Below, piece by piece: positions 8,549-17,696 of a stretch of 64,000 bases of DNA (positions are counted from its first letter, which is position 1; each line of letters starts with the position of its first letter). A program made the position numbers and the translations under genes. Source of the stretch: Bacteroidota bacterium (GTDB lineage: Bacteria > Bacteroidota > Ignavibacteria > Kryptoniales > JAKASW01). The stretch is taken from the NCBI GenBank assembly GCA_021825585.1, contig JAKAGT010000009.1:90915-154914 (forward strand). Reading direction: 5' to 3'. The notes beneath the pieces are model-generated. The model worked only from the letters and a program-made list of their open reading frames with translations. It made no database searches and was not told where the DNA came from.

Positions 8549-10444
8549 ATGCTTGCTTTAGTTCTGACATTGCTGCTGCACCCGGGCGCCGATTCGCTGA
8601 AGATATTCACTGCGCCCGACGTCGTCGTTTCGGCAACCCGCACGCGTATTAATTCACAGGATTCGCCGACGAAGGTTGTCGACATCAATGTGAAAGAAAT
8701 GGCCGATCTGGGATTCTCCAGCATTTCGGGCATTCTCTCTTCAACGTCAGGGCTATTCGTAAAAAACTACGGCCCCTCTCAACTCTCTACCATCAGCACC
8801 CGCGGCACCGGGGCAGAAGAGACACTTTTCATGATTGACGGGGTCAGATTGAACAACGTGCAAAATGGTCTGGTCGACCTCTTCCTTATACCTGTCTCGC
8901 AAATCGGACATATCGAGATTGCGGAAGGAGGTTTTTCCTCGCTCTACGGCGCAGATGCCGTCGGAGGAGTGGTCAACCTCAGGACTATAACCGACAGCCA
9001 CCCCTCAATCGGAGTGACCCTCGGTGCCGGTTCGTACGGCTACCAACAGAGCTCGATTGACGTTAACCGTAAGACCGGCGGCATGTTTGTGAACGCCATC
9101 ATTCAACAGACGCGCTCCGCCGACAACTTTCGTTTCAATTACACCAATGGTCCGATCTCTTTCCCGATGAAACGCAGCGGTGCCGACTATGTCTGCAACA
9201 ACCAGCTCGTCAAGCTCACCATGCCGGGAAAAGAGAGCACAACTTCCGTGATCGTAAGCAACGTAAGCGCGGACCGGGGAACACCAGGCGCGGTGACGGG
9301 TCCCTACTTCATCGGCACGCAGCGCGAGTACGACAACGATTTACTTGCATTGGTCGACCATAAGAGGCGGATCGGGGAAATGACACTCTCCGCTTCAGCC
9401 GGCTTTACGTATGGTTATCTCCGATACGTCGATCCGCCGCTGGTGGCCGGAGGTTACGGGATCGATTCCTATTACAAAATGGTCTCGGTGCAGCCGAGCG
9501 TACAGCTCAATTATGCTTCTACCGCTTTCGAAGCTGCCGTTGGCGCCGACGCGGAAGGCGACCGCGGTGCAAGTTCGGAAATGAACGGGATCAAGGATCG
9601 AACCAGGACGGGAGTCTTCGCAAGCGGAGTAATAAACATACGAGGCCCGTTTGCATCCGAAGTCCACATCTCGCCGAGCGCCAGGGCCGACTGGTATTCC
9701 GACTTCGGCGGGACCTTTAACCCGAAACTCGGGCTGAACATCAGGCCGGTCAAGTCACTCCCGATTAACATCCGCGGTAGCGTCGGGACCAGCTTCAGGG
9801 CGCCGACATTCAACGAGCTCTATTACGCCGGCGCAGGCAACCCCGACATTAAGCCCGAACAATCAATAAGTTACGACGCAGGCCTCGTCTTTCGAATCCC
9901 TTCGCCGCTCGCGGTCGAAGGAGATGTCGACTTCTATTCCACAAACATCACCGACGGAATCGTCTGGCAGCCTTCGAACGACGGCATCTGGCGACCACAA
10001 AATTACCAGAAGATCCTGTCACAGGGAGTCGAACTCAGCCTGCAGGCAAATTACAACAGCCTCGCGGTGCTGAGTGCAAATTACTCATTCGGAAAATCTC
10101 TTGATGTCTCCGATCCGAAGTCGTCGTCATACGATAAGCAGCTCATTTACCTTCCGCAGGAGCAGGCTTCCCTCGTCGCCGCTGCCTCCCCCGGGATAAT
10201 GATATTCTCCATGACGATCCAGTACACCGGATTCAGGTTTGTGACGCCGCAGAACGACGAGTTCCTCCCCCAGTTCACTACCGTGGATGCGGCGGCAGGC
10301 GTAAAGGTTCCGGTCGGCCATCTTGTTATCTCGCCTTTGCTCTCGGTGAAGAACATCTTCAATACAAATTACCAGGTAGTGCCACAATACCCGATGCCGC
10401 TTCGGACGTTTTACCTTAATCTCGGCATCAAATACAACCAATAA
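8549..10444 (+). CDS. btuB: TonB-dependent outer-membrane receptor, BtuB-like (riboswitch-controlled)
   Basis: TonB-box-like DVVVSATR, plug-domain motifs (ISTRGTGAEETLFMIDGVRLN, GADAVGGVVNL) and beta-barrel repeats. About 630 aa, as for BtuB. I placed the start at ATG 8549 because the 8489 ORF start would include the terminator hairpin. Confidence 0.75.
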   Translation: MLALVLTLLLHPGADSLKIFTAPDVVVSATRTRINSQDSPTKVVDINVKEMADLGFSSISGILSSTSGLFVKNYGPSQLSTISTRGTGAEETLFMIDGVRLNNVQNGLVDLFLIPVSQIGHIEIAEGGFSSLYGADAVGGVVNLRTITDSHPSIGVTLGAGSYGYQQSSIDVNRKTGGMFVNAIIQQTRSADNFRFNYTNGPISFPMKRSGADYVCNNQLVKLTMPGKESTTSVIVSNVSADRGTPGAVTGPYFIGTQREYDNDLLALVDHKRRIGEMTLSASAGFTYGYLRYVDPPLVAGGYGIDSYYKMVSVQPSVQLNYASTAFEAAVGADAEGDRGASSEMNGIKDRTRTGVFASGVINIRGPFASEVHISPSARADWYSDFGGTFNPKLGLNIRPVKSLPINIRGSVGTSFRAPTFNELYYAGAGNPDIKPEQSISYDAGLVFRIPSPLAVEGDVDFYSTNITDGIVWQPSNDGIWRPQNYQKILSQGVELSLQANYNSLAVLSANYSFGKSLDVSDPKSSSYDKQLIYLPQEQASLVAAASPGIMIFSMTIQYTGFRFVTPQNDEFLPQFTTVDAAAGVKVPVGHLVISPLLSVKNIFNTNYQVVPQYPMPLRTFYLNLGIKYNQ

Positions 10445-10452
10445 GGAAATCG

Positions 10453-11502
10453 ATGAAAAAATTACTACTCCTAATTTCAGCCTCAGTTATGCTGGCATCT
10501 TGCGCAAAGAGCCCGCTGCAGCCGTCGAGCACCGCATTACAAAACGTCTCAACCGTTTACGTGCTCAACCAGGGAATATACGGTCAGGGAAACTCTTCGC
10601 TCACTGCCTATTACCCGGATTCCAACATAGTTGCTGCCGACGTATTCAAGGCGGTCAACGGCAGGGGCCTTGGAGACACCGGCAACGACATGACGATCTA
10701 TAACGGCAACGCATACATGGTCATCAACAACTCGGACAAAATTGAAGTGATGGATGCTTCCACGGCAAAGTCGGTCGGGACGATCTATTTCAACAGTGGA
10801 ACGAGTCCTTACAGGATTGCGGTTTACCCGGACCAAAGCACCGGTTTTGTAACCGACCTGTACACTAATACCGTATCCGTTGTCGACCTGCTCACGAACT
10901 CGCTTGTCCCGGCCGACACGATACCCGTCGGCGCCAACCCCTATGGGATTGCCTACACTTCCGGAGAAGTCTTCGTCACTAATTCAGGTTACGGTTCCGG
11001 AAATACGGTTACGGTTATCGATGCCGCCACCAGGAAGGTCGTCAAGACTATCACCGTCGGTGCGGGCCCGACCGAAGCAGAGCCGGACGGAAACGGAAAT
11101 GTCTGGGTTTCCTGCCCGGGGAGTTACGGTGACATAGGCAAGATTTTCATAATCAGCGCTTCGACGAACGCGGTGACAGACTCGATAAGCGCCGGCGTCG
11201 CGCTTCCCTCTTTCAACGGAGAAGCACTTGCGATCGATCCGCAAAGAAATGCGGCTTACTTGATTGCAGATAGCTCCGTTATTAAGTTAGACACGAAAAC
11301 CGAGCAGATATCGGACGCAAACTTCATCAGCGGGAGTTTTTACGCAATATCCGTAGATGAGGCGACTGGAGATATATACGCCGCAGACGCCAAGGACTAC
11401 AAGTCAGACGGAGAAGTGTACATTTATTCTCCCGACGGACAATTCACGAACCGCTCATTTACTACAGGCATAAACCCCGGTGCGATTGCGTTTGAACGGT
11501 AA
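10453..11502 (+). CDS. Surface lipoprotein, YVTN/YncE-like beta-propeller (DUF5074-like)
   Basis: Lipobox leader MKKLLLLISASVMLASCAK. Repeated blades read YVLNQG, AYMVINNSDKIEVMD, GFVTDLYTNTVSVVD, VFVTNSGYGSGNTVTVID, GDIYAADAKDY. It begins 9 nt after the receptor stop, so it is in the same operon. Confidence 0.7.
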   Translation: MKKLLLLISASVMLASCAKSPLQPSSTALQNVSTVYVLNQGIYGQGNSSLTAYYPDSNIVAADVFKAVNGRGLGDTGNDMTIYNGNAYMVINNSDKIEVMDASTAKSVGTIYFNSGTSPYRIAVYPDQSTGFVTDLYTNTVSVVDLLTNSLVPADTIPVGANPYGIAYTSGEVFVTNSGYGSGNTVTVIDAATRKVVKTITVGAGPTEAEPDGNGNVWVSCPGSYGDIGKIFIISASTNAVTDSISAGVALPSFNGEALAIDPQRNAAYLIADSSVIKLDTKTEQISDANFISGSFYAISVDEATGDIYAADAKDYKSDGEVYIYSPDGQFTNRSFTTGINPGAIAFER

Positions 11503-11596
11503 GCCTCCTGCTGCCGTCTGGATGGCTGAGACGCAGGATTTTTGATATAGAAGATTACATATTTAACTAAAACTATAGAATACGTTGGAGGTAACA

Positions 11597-12109
11597 ATGA
11601 ACATCCTATTCGTGCTTGTCCTGGTTCTCTTTGCAGCGTTTTCCAGGCTCGTACCGCACGCGCCGAATTTCACGCCTGTGATTTCGATCGCGCTTTTCGC
11701 GGGAGCGTATCTGAAGAAACGCTTTGCTTTCCTGGTTCCGGTTGCCGCTCTGCTGCTTAGCGACGCCATAATCGGTTTCTACGGCTTCGGCTGGATGGTG
11801 TCCGTTTACGGGACGACTCTACTCATCGTCGCGATGGGCCTGATGCTTGAGAAGAAGATTTCAGCGGGAAGAATACTCGGCCTTTCTTTAGCCGGCGCGA
11901 CAGTCTTCTTCATAATTACGAATTTTGCGGTATGGGCCCTGCCCGGCTCGATGTATCCGACCACCCTCGCCGGGCTGGGTGAATGCTACGTCATGGCAAT
12001 ACCCTTCTTCGGCAACACGGTCCTCAGCACTATCATCTACAGCGCGGTGATGTTCGGAGCTTACGAGCTTGGAACACGCCATGTCCTGAAGCCAAAAGAG
12101 GCAAAGTAA
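11597..12109 (+). CDS. Small polytopic inner-membrane protein of unknown function (last gene of the B12-regulated operon)
   Basis: 170 aa with about 5 hydrophobic helices. The N-terminal motif is LVPHAPNFTPVISIALFAGAYL. GGAGG (11587-11591) lies 5 nt before ATG 11597. Confidence 0.65.
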   Translation: MNILFVLVLVLFAAFSRLVPHAPNFTPVISIALFAGAYLKKRFAFLVPVAALLLSDAIIGFYGFGWMVSVYGTTLLIVAMGLMLEKKISAGRILGLSLAGATVFFIITNFAVWALPGSMYPTTLAGLGECYVMAIPFFGNTVLSTIIYSAVMFGAYELGTRHVLKPKEAK

Positions 12110-12123
12110 GACTCTCAACGGGT

Positions 12124-12148
12124 GGCCGTCACTCCGACAGTGACGGTC
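12124..12148. terminator. Stem-loop between convergent genes (possible bidirectional terminator)
   Basis: CCGTCACT(12126-12133)/AGTGACGG(12139-12146) is a perfect 8-bp stem. No clear U-tract on either strand. Confidence 0.35.
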
Positions 12149-12169
12149 ACTCCTGATTACTAACTGCGC

Positions 12170-12751
12170 TCACGCCTCGATTCTCGAGCCAAGGACCTCA
12201 AGGAACTGTCTCATCCACTCCGGATGTGCGGGCCACGCTGGCGCCGTAACCAGGTTTCCGTCGGTAACGGCATTATCCGCGCCCGGACTGACCTCGCCAT
12301 ATTTTGCTCCGGCGATTACGCATTCCGGTCCCACTGCCGGGTAAGAGATCATATGCTTCCCTTTCAGCATGCCTGCGGCGGCGAGTATCTGCGGACCATG
12401 ACAGATGGCCGCAATCGGCTTCCCCTCGAAGGCTTTGGCCATTTCTATAACTTTCATGTCCAGTCTCAAATACTCCGGGGCACGCCCGCCGGGTATGACG
12501 AGCGCGTCGTAATTAGCCGGTTTGACGCTGTCGAAATTTGCGGTGATCTTGAACCGGTGTCCCTGCAGCTCGACATAAGTCTGATCGCCGACGAAGTCGT
12601 GCACTGCCGTCTTCACTGTATCCCCGGCTTTCTTTCCGGGACACACCACGTCGACCTCGTGGCCGACCATTGTCAGGATCTGGTACGGGACCATCGCTTC
12701 GTAATCTTCGACGAAGTCGCCTACAATCATAAGAATTTTCTTAGCAGCCAT
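12170..12751 (-). CDS. DJ-1/PfpI family protein (class I glutamine-amidotransferase-like)
   Basis: KILMIVGDFVEDYEAMVPYQ, PGGRAPEYL and the nucleophile-elbow AAICHGPQILAAAG are typical of DJ-1/PfpI. Confidence 0.9.
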   Translation of the reverse strand: MAAKKILMIVGDFVEDYEAMVPYQILTMVGHEVDVVCPGKKAGDTVKTAVHDFVGDQTYVELQGHRFKITANFDSVKPANYDALVIPGGRAPEYLRLDMKVIEMAKAFEGKPIAAICHGPQILAAAGMLKGKHMISYPAVGPECVIAGAKYGEVSPGADNAVTDGNLVTAPAWPAHPEWMRQFLEVLGSRIEA

Positions 12752-12955
12752 AGCTACCTCCCTGTGTTAGTTTGTTGACGGATGCAGAAGTGACGACACA
12801 TCTGAATGGGCGCTGAGAGCCTGATGCGAGTCTCAGAACTGGAACAGTGCTCAGCGGGAACATACGAAGTATCTGGCAAATGCACGACCATCTTCCTCAG
12901 GCATATTTAGCCAACTCGTCGAATAAAGTCAACTTCAGACACGGCAGCAAGGCTT

Positions 12956-12985
12956 ACAAAAAGCGGGAGGTTCATTGCCTCCCGC
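12956..12985 (-). terminator. Intrinsic terminator downstream of the 13079 gene
   Basis: GCGGGAGG(12963-12970)/CCTCCCGC(12978-12985) is an 8-bp GC stem. On the minus strand it is followed by TTTTT. Confidence 0.6.
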
Positions 12986-13078
12986 AAAATATTTGGGTTC
13001 TCTGACGTTAGTCGGACTATGTTACTTCATCAGAATTCCCGCCAGATGAAGGCGGGATTAATGAACACATATTCTGAA

Positions 13079-14919
13079 TCATTTGATCATTAACATCTTC
13101 TTGACCTGATCTATGCCGGGTGCGGTTAAGCGATAGAGGTATACCCCGCTTGTCAGGTTCTGACCGTTGAACTGTGCGCTGTGTGGGCCCGCAGCCTGTT
13201 GGGCATCAACGAGCGTCATGACTTCCCTTCCAAGGACGTCATAGACTCTCAGCATGACATGGCCGGCCGTTTTAAGACGGTAAGAGATGACAGTCGTCGG
13301 ATTGAACGGGTTAGGATAGTTCTGCAAGAGAGATGACGACTTCGGTATCCCCGAACCTGTGTTTGCATCCCTAACCCCATCCAGGCTCACTCCCCCATGA
13401 AGGGCAACCGCCTCCTCAGCATCCCAGAGCTCCATCGGGGTTGTCAGGCTGGCCTGAGCCTTGATATTGGCAAGGAGCGCTTCTGCGCCCCGGATGTCGT
13501 TCTTATCATAAAGATCGATCAACATGTTGTTTATTTCCGCCTTCACTTCAAGGGGTGTGTTGGGATATGCCGCAATTATGCCATTGTTCACGTTTTCCGC
13601 CACAACCGGCTCGCGGTCGATCTGATAAAGGTTTGCAAGAAGGAGCCTTGCCATCGAAGGGGCCTGCGGAGGAATGGCATTAAAGAATCTAATTAAGTCA
13701 GGAAGAGTCCACTTGTTGGCACAACTATACAACCCCACATATCCGGCAGCGTCGCCGGGGTGGTTTTGTATGAAGGACATGGAAAAGTCCTTCGCCGCGG
13801 ATACGTTGTTCTCCTCCCTCAACCGTATGCCGCTTAGCGGTGAATCGAGCGAAGCCAGCCCGCGAGGGGAAGCCGGTATTCCGGAACTAGGATCGCCCGA
13901 GCGTGAAGCAGCCGAGGTAACATTTACGGGGCTCTTGGCAACGGACCGTGATGCCGATGGTAGTGGAGTGCCGCTCCAAGGGTCGCTCGAAAGAGGACTA
14001 CCGAAATACCCATAGCACACCGAGCTCACGTAGAATAGCGCCGAATCCGGCGGGTAGCTTCCCCACCAGTTGTAATAGGCGTAAAGACCGCTCGCAACTG
14101 ATGGGTAACAGTAGCCCACGGCAGCGTTGTACGATTTGTTTCCGGCTATGCTGTTCAGCTGTAGTTCCCGGAAGCACCGCCAACTCCGAAATCACAGTAA
14201 CTATTGTAGTAAACGTTGAGACCCAGTTGGCAGCTATCGACCCGGTTGTTCTTGGTCGATGGGTACTCGTCCGCATTTGGCGAGGCTCCCCAGATCGCGG
14301 CGATCCCCCAGTTGTAATAGTCTACGTCATTTCCTCCCACCGTCCCGCTGGAACCGGAATAGAGTATTCCCGCCCCTTGCTGGTTTTTGTTCGTCTTGTA
14401 GGTGACATTCCAGTAGCAGTTGTTGCTCGAACCACCGGTTATGATTATGCCGTGGTAGACATTCGAGTTTGCTATCGAGTCGCTTTGTGCCACGAAGTCC
14501 GAGGAGAAGTACACGTAAATGCCGTAGCTCGAGCTGTTCATGATGCTGGAGTTCTCGATCGTGACGTTATTTGCGTAACTGAGTTCGATCTCGGTACCGT
14601 AATAAACGTTGCAGTAATCCATGATGGAGTTGTCTGCGCCGGAATCGCTGAAGACTATCGATCCCCAGCTGCCCGTCGACGTGAAGCTGATCCTCTGGGA
14701 AGCCGTGCCGACGGCCTTCATGACTCCGTCTGCTGTTATCGAAACACCGCTTGCGAGCTGAACCCACGTACCAGGGTCTATTGTAAGCGTGTCGCCAGCG
14801 GGAATCGTGTAACTCGAGTCAAGGGTTACCGTGCCGCTCCAGACGGTGTTTTGTGCAAAACCGAGTGAAGCGGTTAACAGAATGATCGGAACCGCAAGGT
14901 ACCTTAGAATCATTTTCAT
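13079..14919 (-). pseudogene. T9SS-sorted right-handed parallel beta-helix (PbH1-repeat) protein, split by a frameshift near 14150-14160
   Basis: ORF 14155-14919 carries a signal peptide (MKMILRYLAVPIILLTASLGFAQ) plus NxIxxN-type beta-helix repeats and stops at ...GGASGNYS*. The other frame continues directly as LNSIAGNKSYNAAVGYCYPS...YAYYNWWGS. It ends in a canonical CTD (LLQNYPNPFNPTTVISYRL...GVYLYRL...KKMLMIK). The frames differ (14919 mod 3 = 0 versus 14119 mod 3 = 1). Confidence 0.6.
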
Positions 14920-14996
14920 GATCTTTTCCTTTCACTTTTTGATTAAGGATTGGTTGGTTACATACAGCAGGTGAAGGAGACGCACGACGCTTTAGT

Positions 14997-15845
14997 TTAT
15001 CTGGCTACCGTCCAGATTGTATCCTTCTTGTTGTAGCTGTACTTAACTTGTCTATCCGCTATCTTCAAAATTTTCACCCCTTGCAGCGTGTCCCTTTCCG
15101 AGACGAAGAAAGGTGTCCTTTTTTCTGCGAACGAAGATGCTGGCAGTCCCGAAGGGACTCGTTCGAGCAATCCGAGAAAAACCCCTCGTTTGTGCGTAGC
15201 CATGGAACATGGCGCATTGAGACAAAGAGGCGTACAACGAAACTTTCAGCAGATGGACGGGGTGAATCCCAATCTTATCGGGAGAGGGAGATTATTTCTC
15301 GGACCAAAACCATTCCGGCATTGATATCCCCGTTTTGGACGTTTGCCTTGAGATCACCTACAATGCCTGTCGCATTAACCGTACCGTTGACCGTCTAAAC
15401 ATTGGCATCATTCCTGATGTTTGTCACTGTAGCTGCACCGTTCACGATGGCGATCATTACGCTCAGGGAACTCGGATTTCGTAGTCTACCTCGTAGCTTC
15501 TATCCCCCGCGTTGTTCGGTTGCCGCGTGATTATCGAGAAAGTGTTTCCCGTAGAATCAATTTCGATGCTGATGTCGCCTATGTGGTCTTCTGCTTAGGC
15601 GGTGGTTACATCTTTAATTTTCTTTACCGCCGTCAGCTGGATGCTGTTCAAAGAGTCAACGCCGACAATTTCGACCGTCCCATTAAGATTGTTGACGGAT
15701 CCTTGAATGATGAATCGGATTGGGAGTATTGGAAGCTTTCGCTGTATTCTGCTGACGGACTGCTGTTATCAACGGTAATGCTGCAACCTCCAAGAAACAG
15801 GCAAGCTAAGATCAGAACGGTGTGATGTCTAATTCCTTCTTCCAT
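14997..15845 (-). pseudogene. Decayed lipoprotein gene (DUF4097 / putative-adhesin-like repeats)
   Basis: Lipobox start MEEGIRHHTVLILACLFLGGCS. The readable protein then hops frames: ...FIIQGSVNNLNGTVEIVGVD...KDVTTA*AEDHIGDISIEIDSTGNTFSIITRQPNNAGDRSYEVDYEIRVP*, then SLSVMIAIVNGAATVTNIRNDANV*TVNGTVNATGIVGDLKANVQNGDINAG. That is at least 2 frameshifts and at least 2 in-frame stops (TAA, TAG). Confidence 0.55.
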
Positions 15846-15923
15846 GATTTCATCTTCCTATCTTGAGCCGAGTATGGCTCCAACATCTTGATAGATTAAT
15901 CGATTGTGAAGCACACAAACCAT

Positions 15924-17687
15924 TCAAGATAAGCTTCCCTCATAAAGGTCCGTGTATTGTTTGTTGAAGTTATACAATTCATCATGCTTTCCGCTAACTA
16001 TGATCTTTCCGTTGTCCATTAATACCATCTTGTCAACACTCGTTATGGACGATAGTCGGTGACTGATAATTATTGTGGTTTTGTTCTCCATGATTTTTTC
16101 TGTGGCATCCCTGATCAGGCTTTCAGACTGGAGATCAATTGATGATGTAGCTTCATCCAGTACAAGTATCTTCGGATCGAGCAAAAAAACCCTCGCAATC
16201 GAAATCATTTGTTTCTGTCCGCCAGACAGTTGAAAGCCTCTCTCGCCCACTATGGTGTTATAGCCATCGGGCAGGTTGCGGATAAAATTGTCTGCATATG
16301 ACGCTCTGGCAGCTTCGCGCATTTCTTCGTCGCTGGCTTCAAGATTCGCATACCTGATGTTTTCAGCTATAGTTCCACTGAAAACATACGTCTCCTGGGG
16401 CACTATCCCTATTAACCTCCTAAGATCAGTGAGAGAATATTCCCGTATATCTTTACCATCAAGACAGATCCTCCCGCCTTGTGGCTCGTACAACCTCAAT
16501 AGCAGGTAGCCCAAAGTCGTCTTGCCAGACCCGGTTCTGCCAACTATCCCGATTCTGTCGCCGGGCCCAATGTGCAGGCTGAGATGTGCTATTCGAAAGT
16601 TGGCATCTTCTCCTCGATAGCAGAAACTAACATCCTGAAAGAGTACGTCCCCTTTGAACTTATCAGTTGCGCCTACAGTCAGAAGATGGCCTGGGTCGCC
16701 CTCAGCTTGTTGATCCAGTATGTCATATATTCTATCAATCGAGACGATGGCTGACTGAAGATTAGTCAGATATCCAAAGAGCTGAGTCGAAGGGCTGTAC
16801 AGCAGACTTAAGTATCCCACGAATCCGACCAATTGACCGGTTGTCATCCTTCCCGTGATTATGAAATACCCCGCGATTGAAAGAATCGCTATCGGTGCGA
16901 GGCTTTGAACAAATCCGTTGGCTGAACCAGCATAAGTGGATAGGAGCCAATTCTTCTTCGTAAGTTCAATCGCAGCAATTGACTTATCATTGAATCTTGT
17001 GATTTCGTAGTCCTCTTTTCGATAGGCCTTGATGCTCATAACCCCGCTGAGCATTTCTTGTAAGAATCCGCCTACCTTTGACCATTCCTCTTTCCTTGCA
17101 TTATTCACTTTCCTTATTTTGTAGTTAAACAATTTCTGGCTGACCAGGTAGAACGGAATGATTGCAAGAGCGATTGCGGCCAGCGTTCCATTGATCAGGA
17201 AAATCAGAGTTATCCCGAAAATCAAACTCAATAAGCTCTGTACCACGTTCAACGATGAAGTCCCCAATATTGAAACTGCGTCTTCGACGTCTTGAGAAAC
17301 TCGAGAAATGAGGTACCCAGTTTGCTTATCCGAGTAGTAACTAAGTGGAACATGCAACAAATGATTGAACATTCTGGCGCGGAGGGATAGCACTGAATAC
17401 AATTGGAAATTGTTAAGGAAGAAATTCTGGATAAAGCTCGAGAAGGTCTTAAGGAGGATAATTGCTGCCCAAGCAGCGATCAAAACGAAGAACAACTTAG
17501 CATCTCTAGCGGCTAGTGCTTTGTCCACAACCAACATGCTTAGCCATGGCATTGGAAGAGTGAGCAATAGGGAAAAGAGCATAAAGAAACCAGCCAGAAG
17601 AAAGTCTCTTTTCCTGTCCTTAAGAAATTTGACGAAGTTTCTGATTTTTCCCAGCTGTTTACCGTCCAATACATATTCAAAAAACAT
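15924..17687 (-). CDS. ABC exporter, fused permease + ATPase (MsbA/peptide-exporter type, no C39 peptidase domain)
   Basis: Six-TM N-half. Walker A GRTGSGKTT, signature LSGGQKQMISIARV, Walker B ILVLDEATSSID, H-loop IIISHRL. It starts 9 nt after the TonB-receptor stop. Confidence 0.9.
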   Translation of the reverse strand: MFFEYVLDGKQLGKIRNFVKFLKDRKRDFLLAGFFMLFSLLLTLPMPWLSMLVVDKALAARDAKLFFVLIAAWAAIILLKTFSSFIQNFFLNNFQLYSVLSLRARMFNHLLHVPLSYYSDKQTGYLISRVSQDVEDAVSILGTSSLNVVQSLLSLIFGITLIFLINGTLAAIALAIIPFYLVSQKLFNYKIRKVNNARKEEWSKVGGFLQEMLSGVMSIKAYRKEDYEITRFNDKSIAAIELTKKNWLLSTYAGSANGFVQSLAPIAILSIAGYFIITGRMTTGQLVGFVGYLSLLYSPSTQLFGYLTNLQSAIVSIDRIYDILDQQAEGDPGHLLTVGATDKFKGDVLFQDVSFCYRGEDANFRIAHLSLHIGPGDRIGIVGRTGSGKTTLGYLLLRLYEPQGGRICLDGKDIREYSLTDLRRLIGIVPQETYVFSGTIAENIRYANLEASDEEMREAARASYADNFIRNLPDGYNTIVGERGFQLSGGQKQMISIARVFLLDPKILVLDEATSSIDLQSESLIRDATEKIMENKTTIIISHRLSSITSVDKMVLMDNGKIIVSGKHDELYNFNKQYTDLYEGSLS

Positions 17688-17696
17688 TATCCACTC

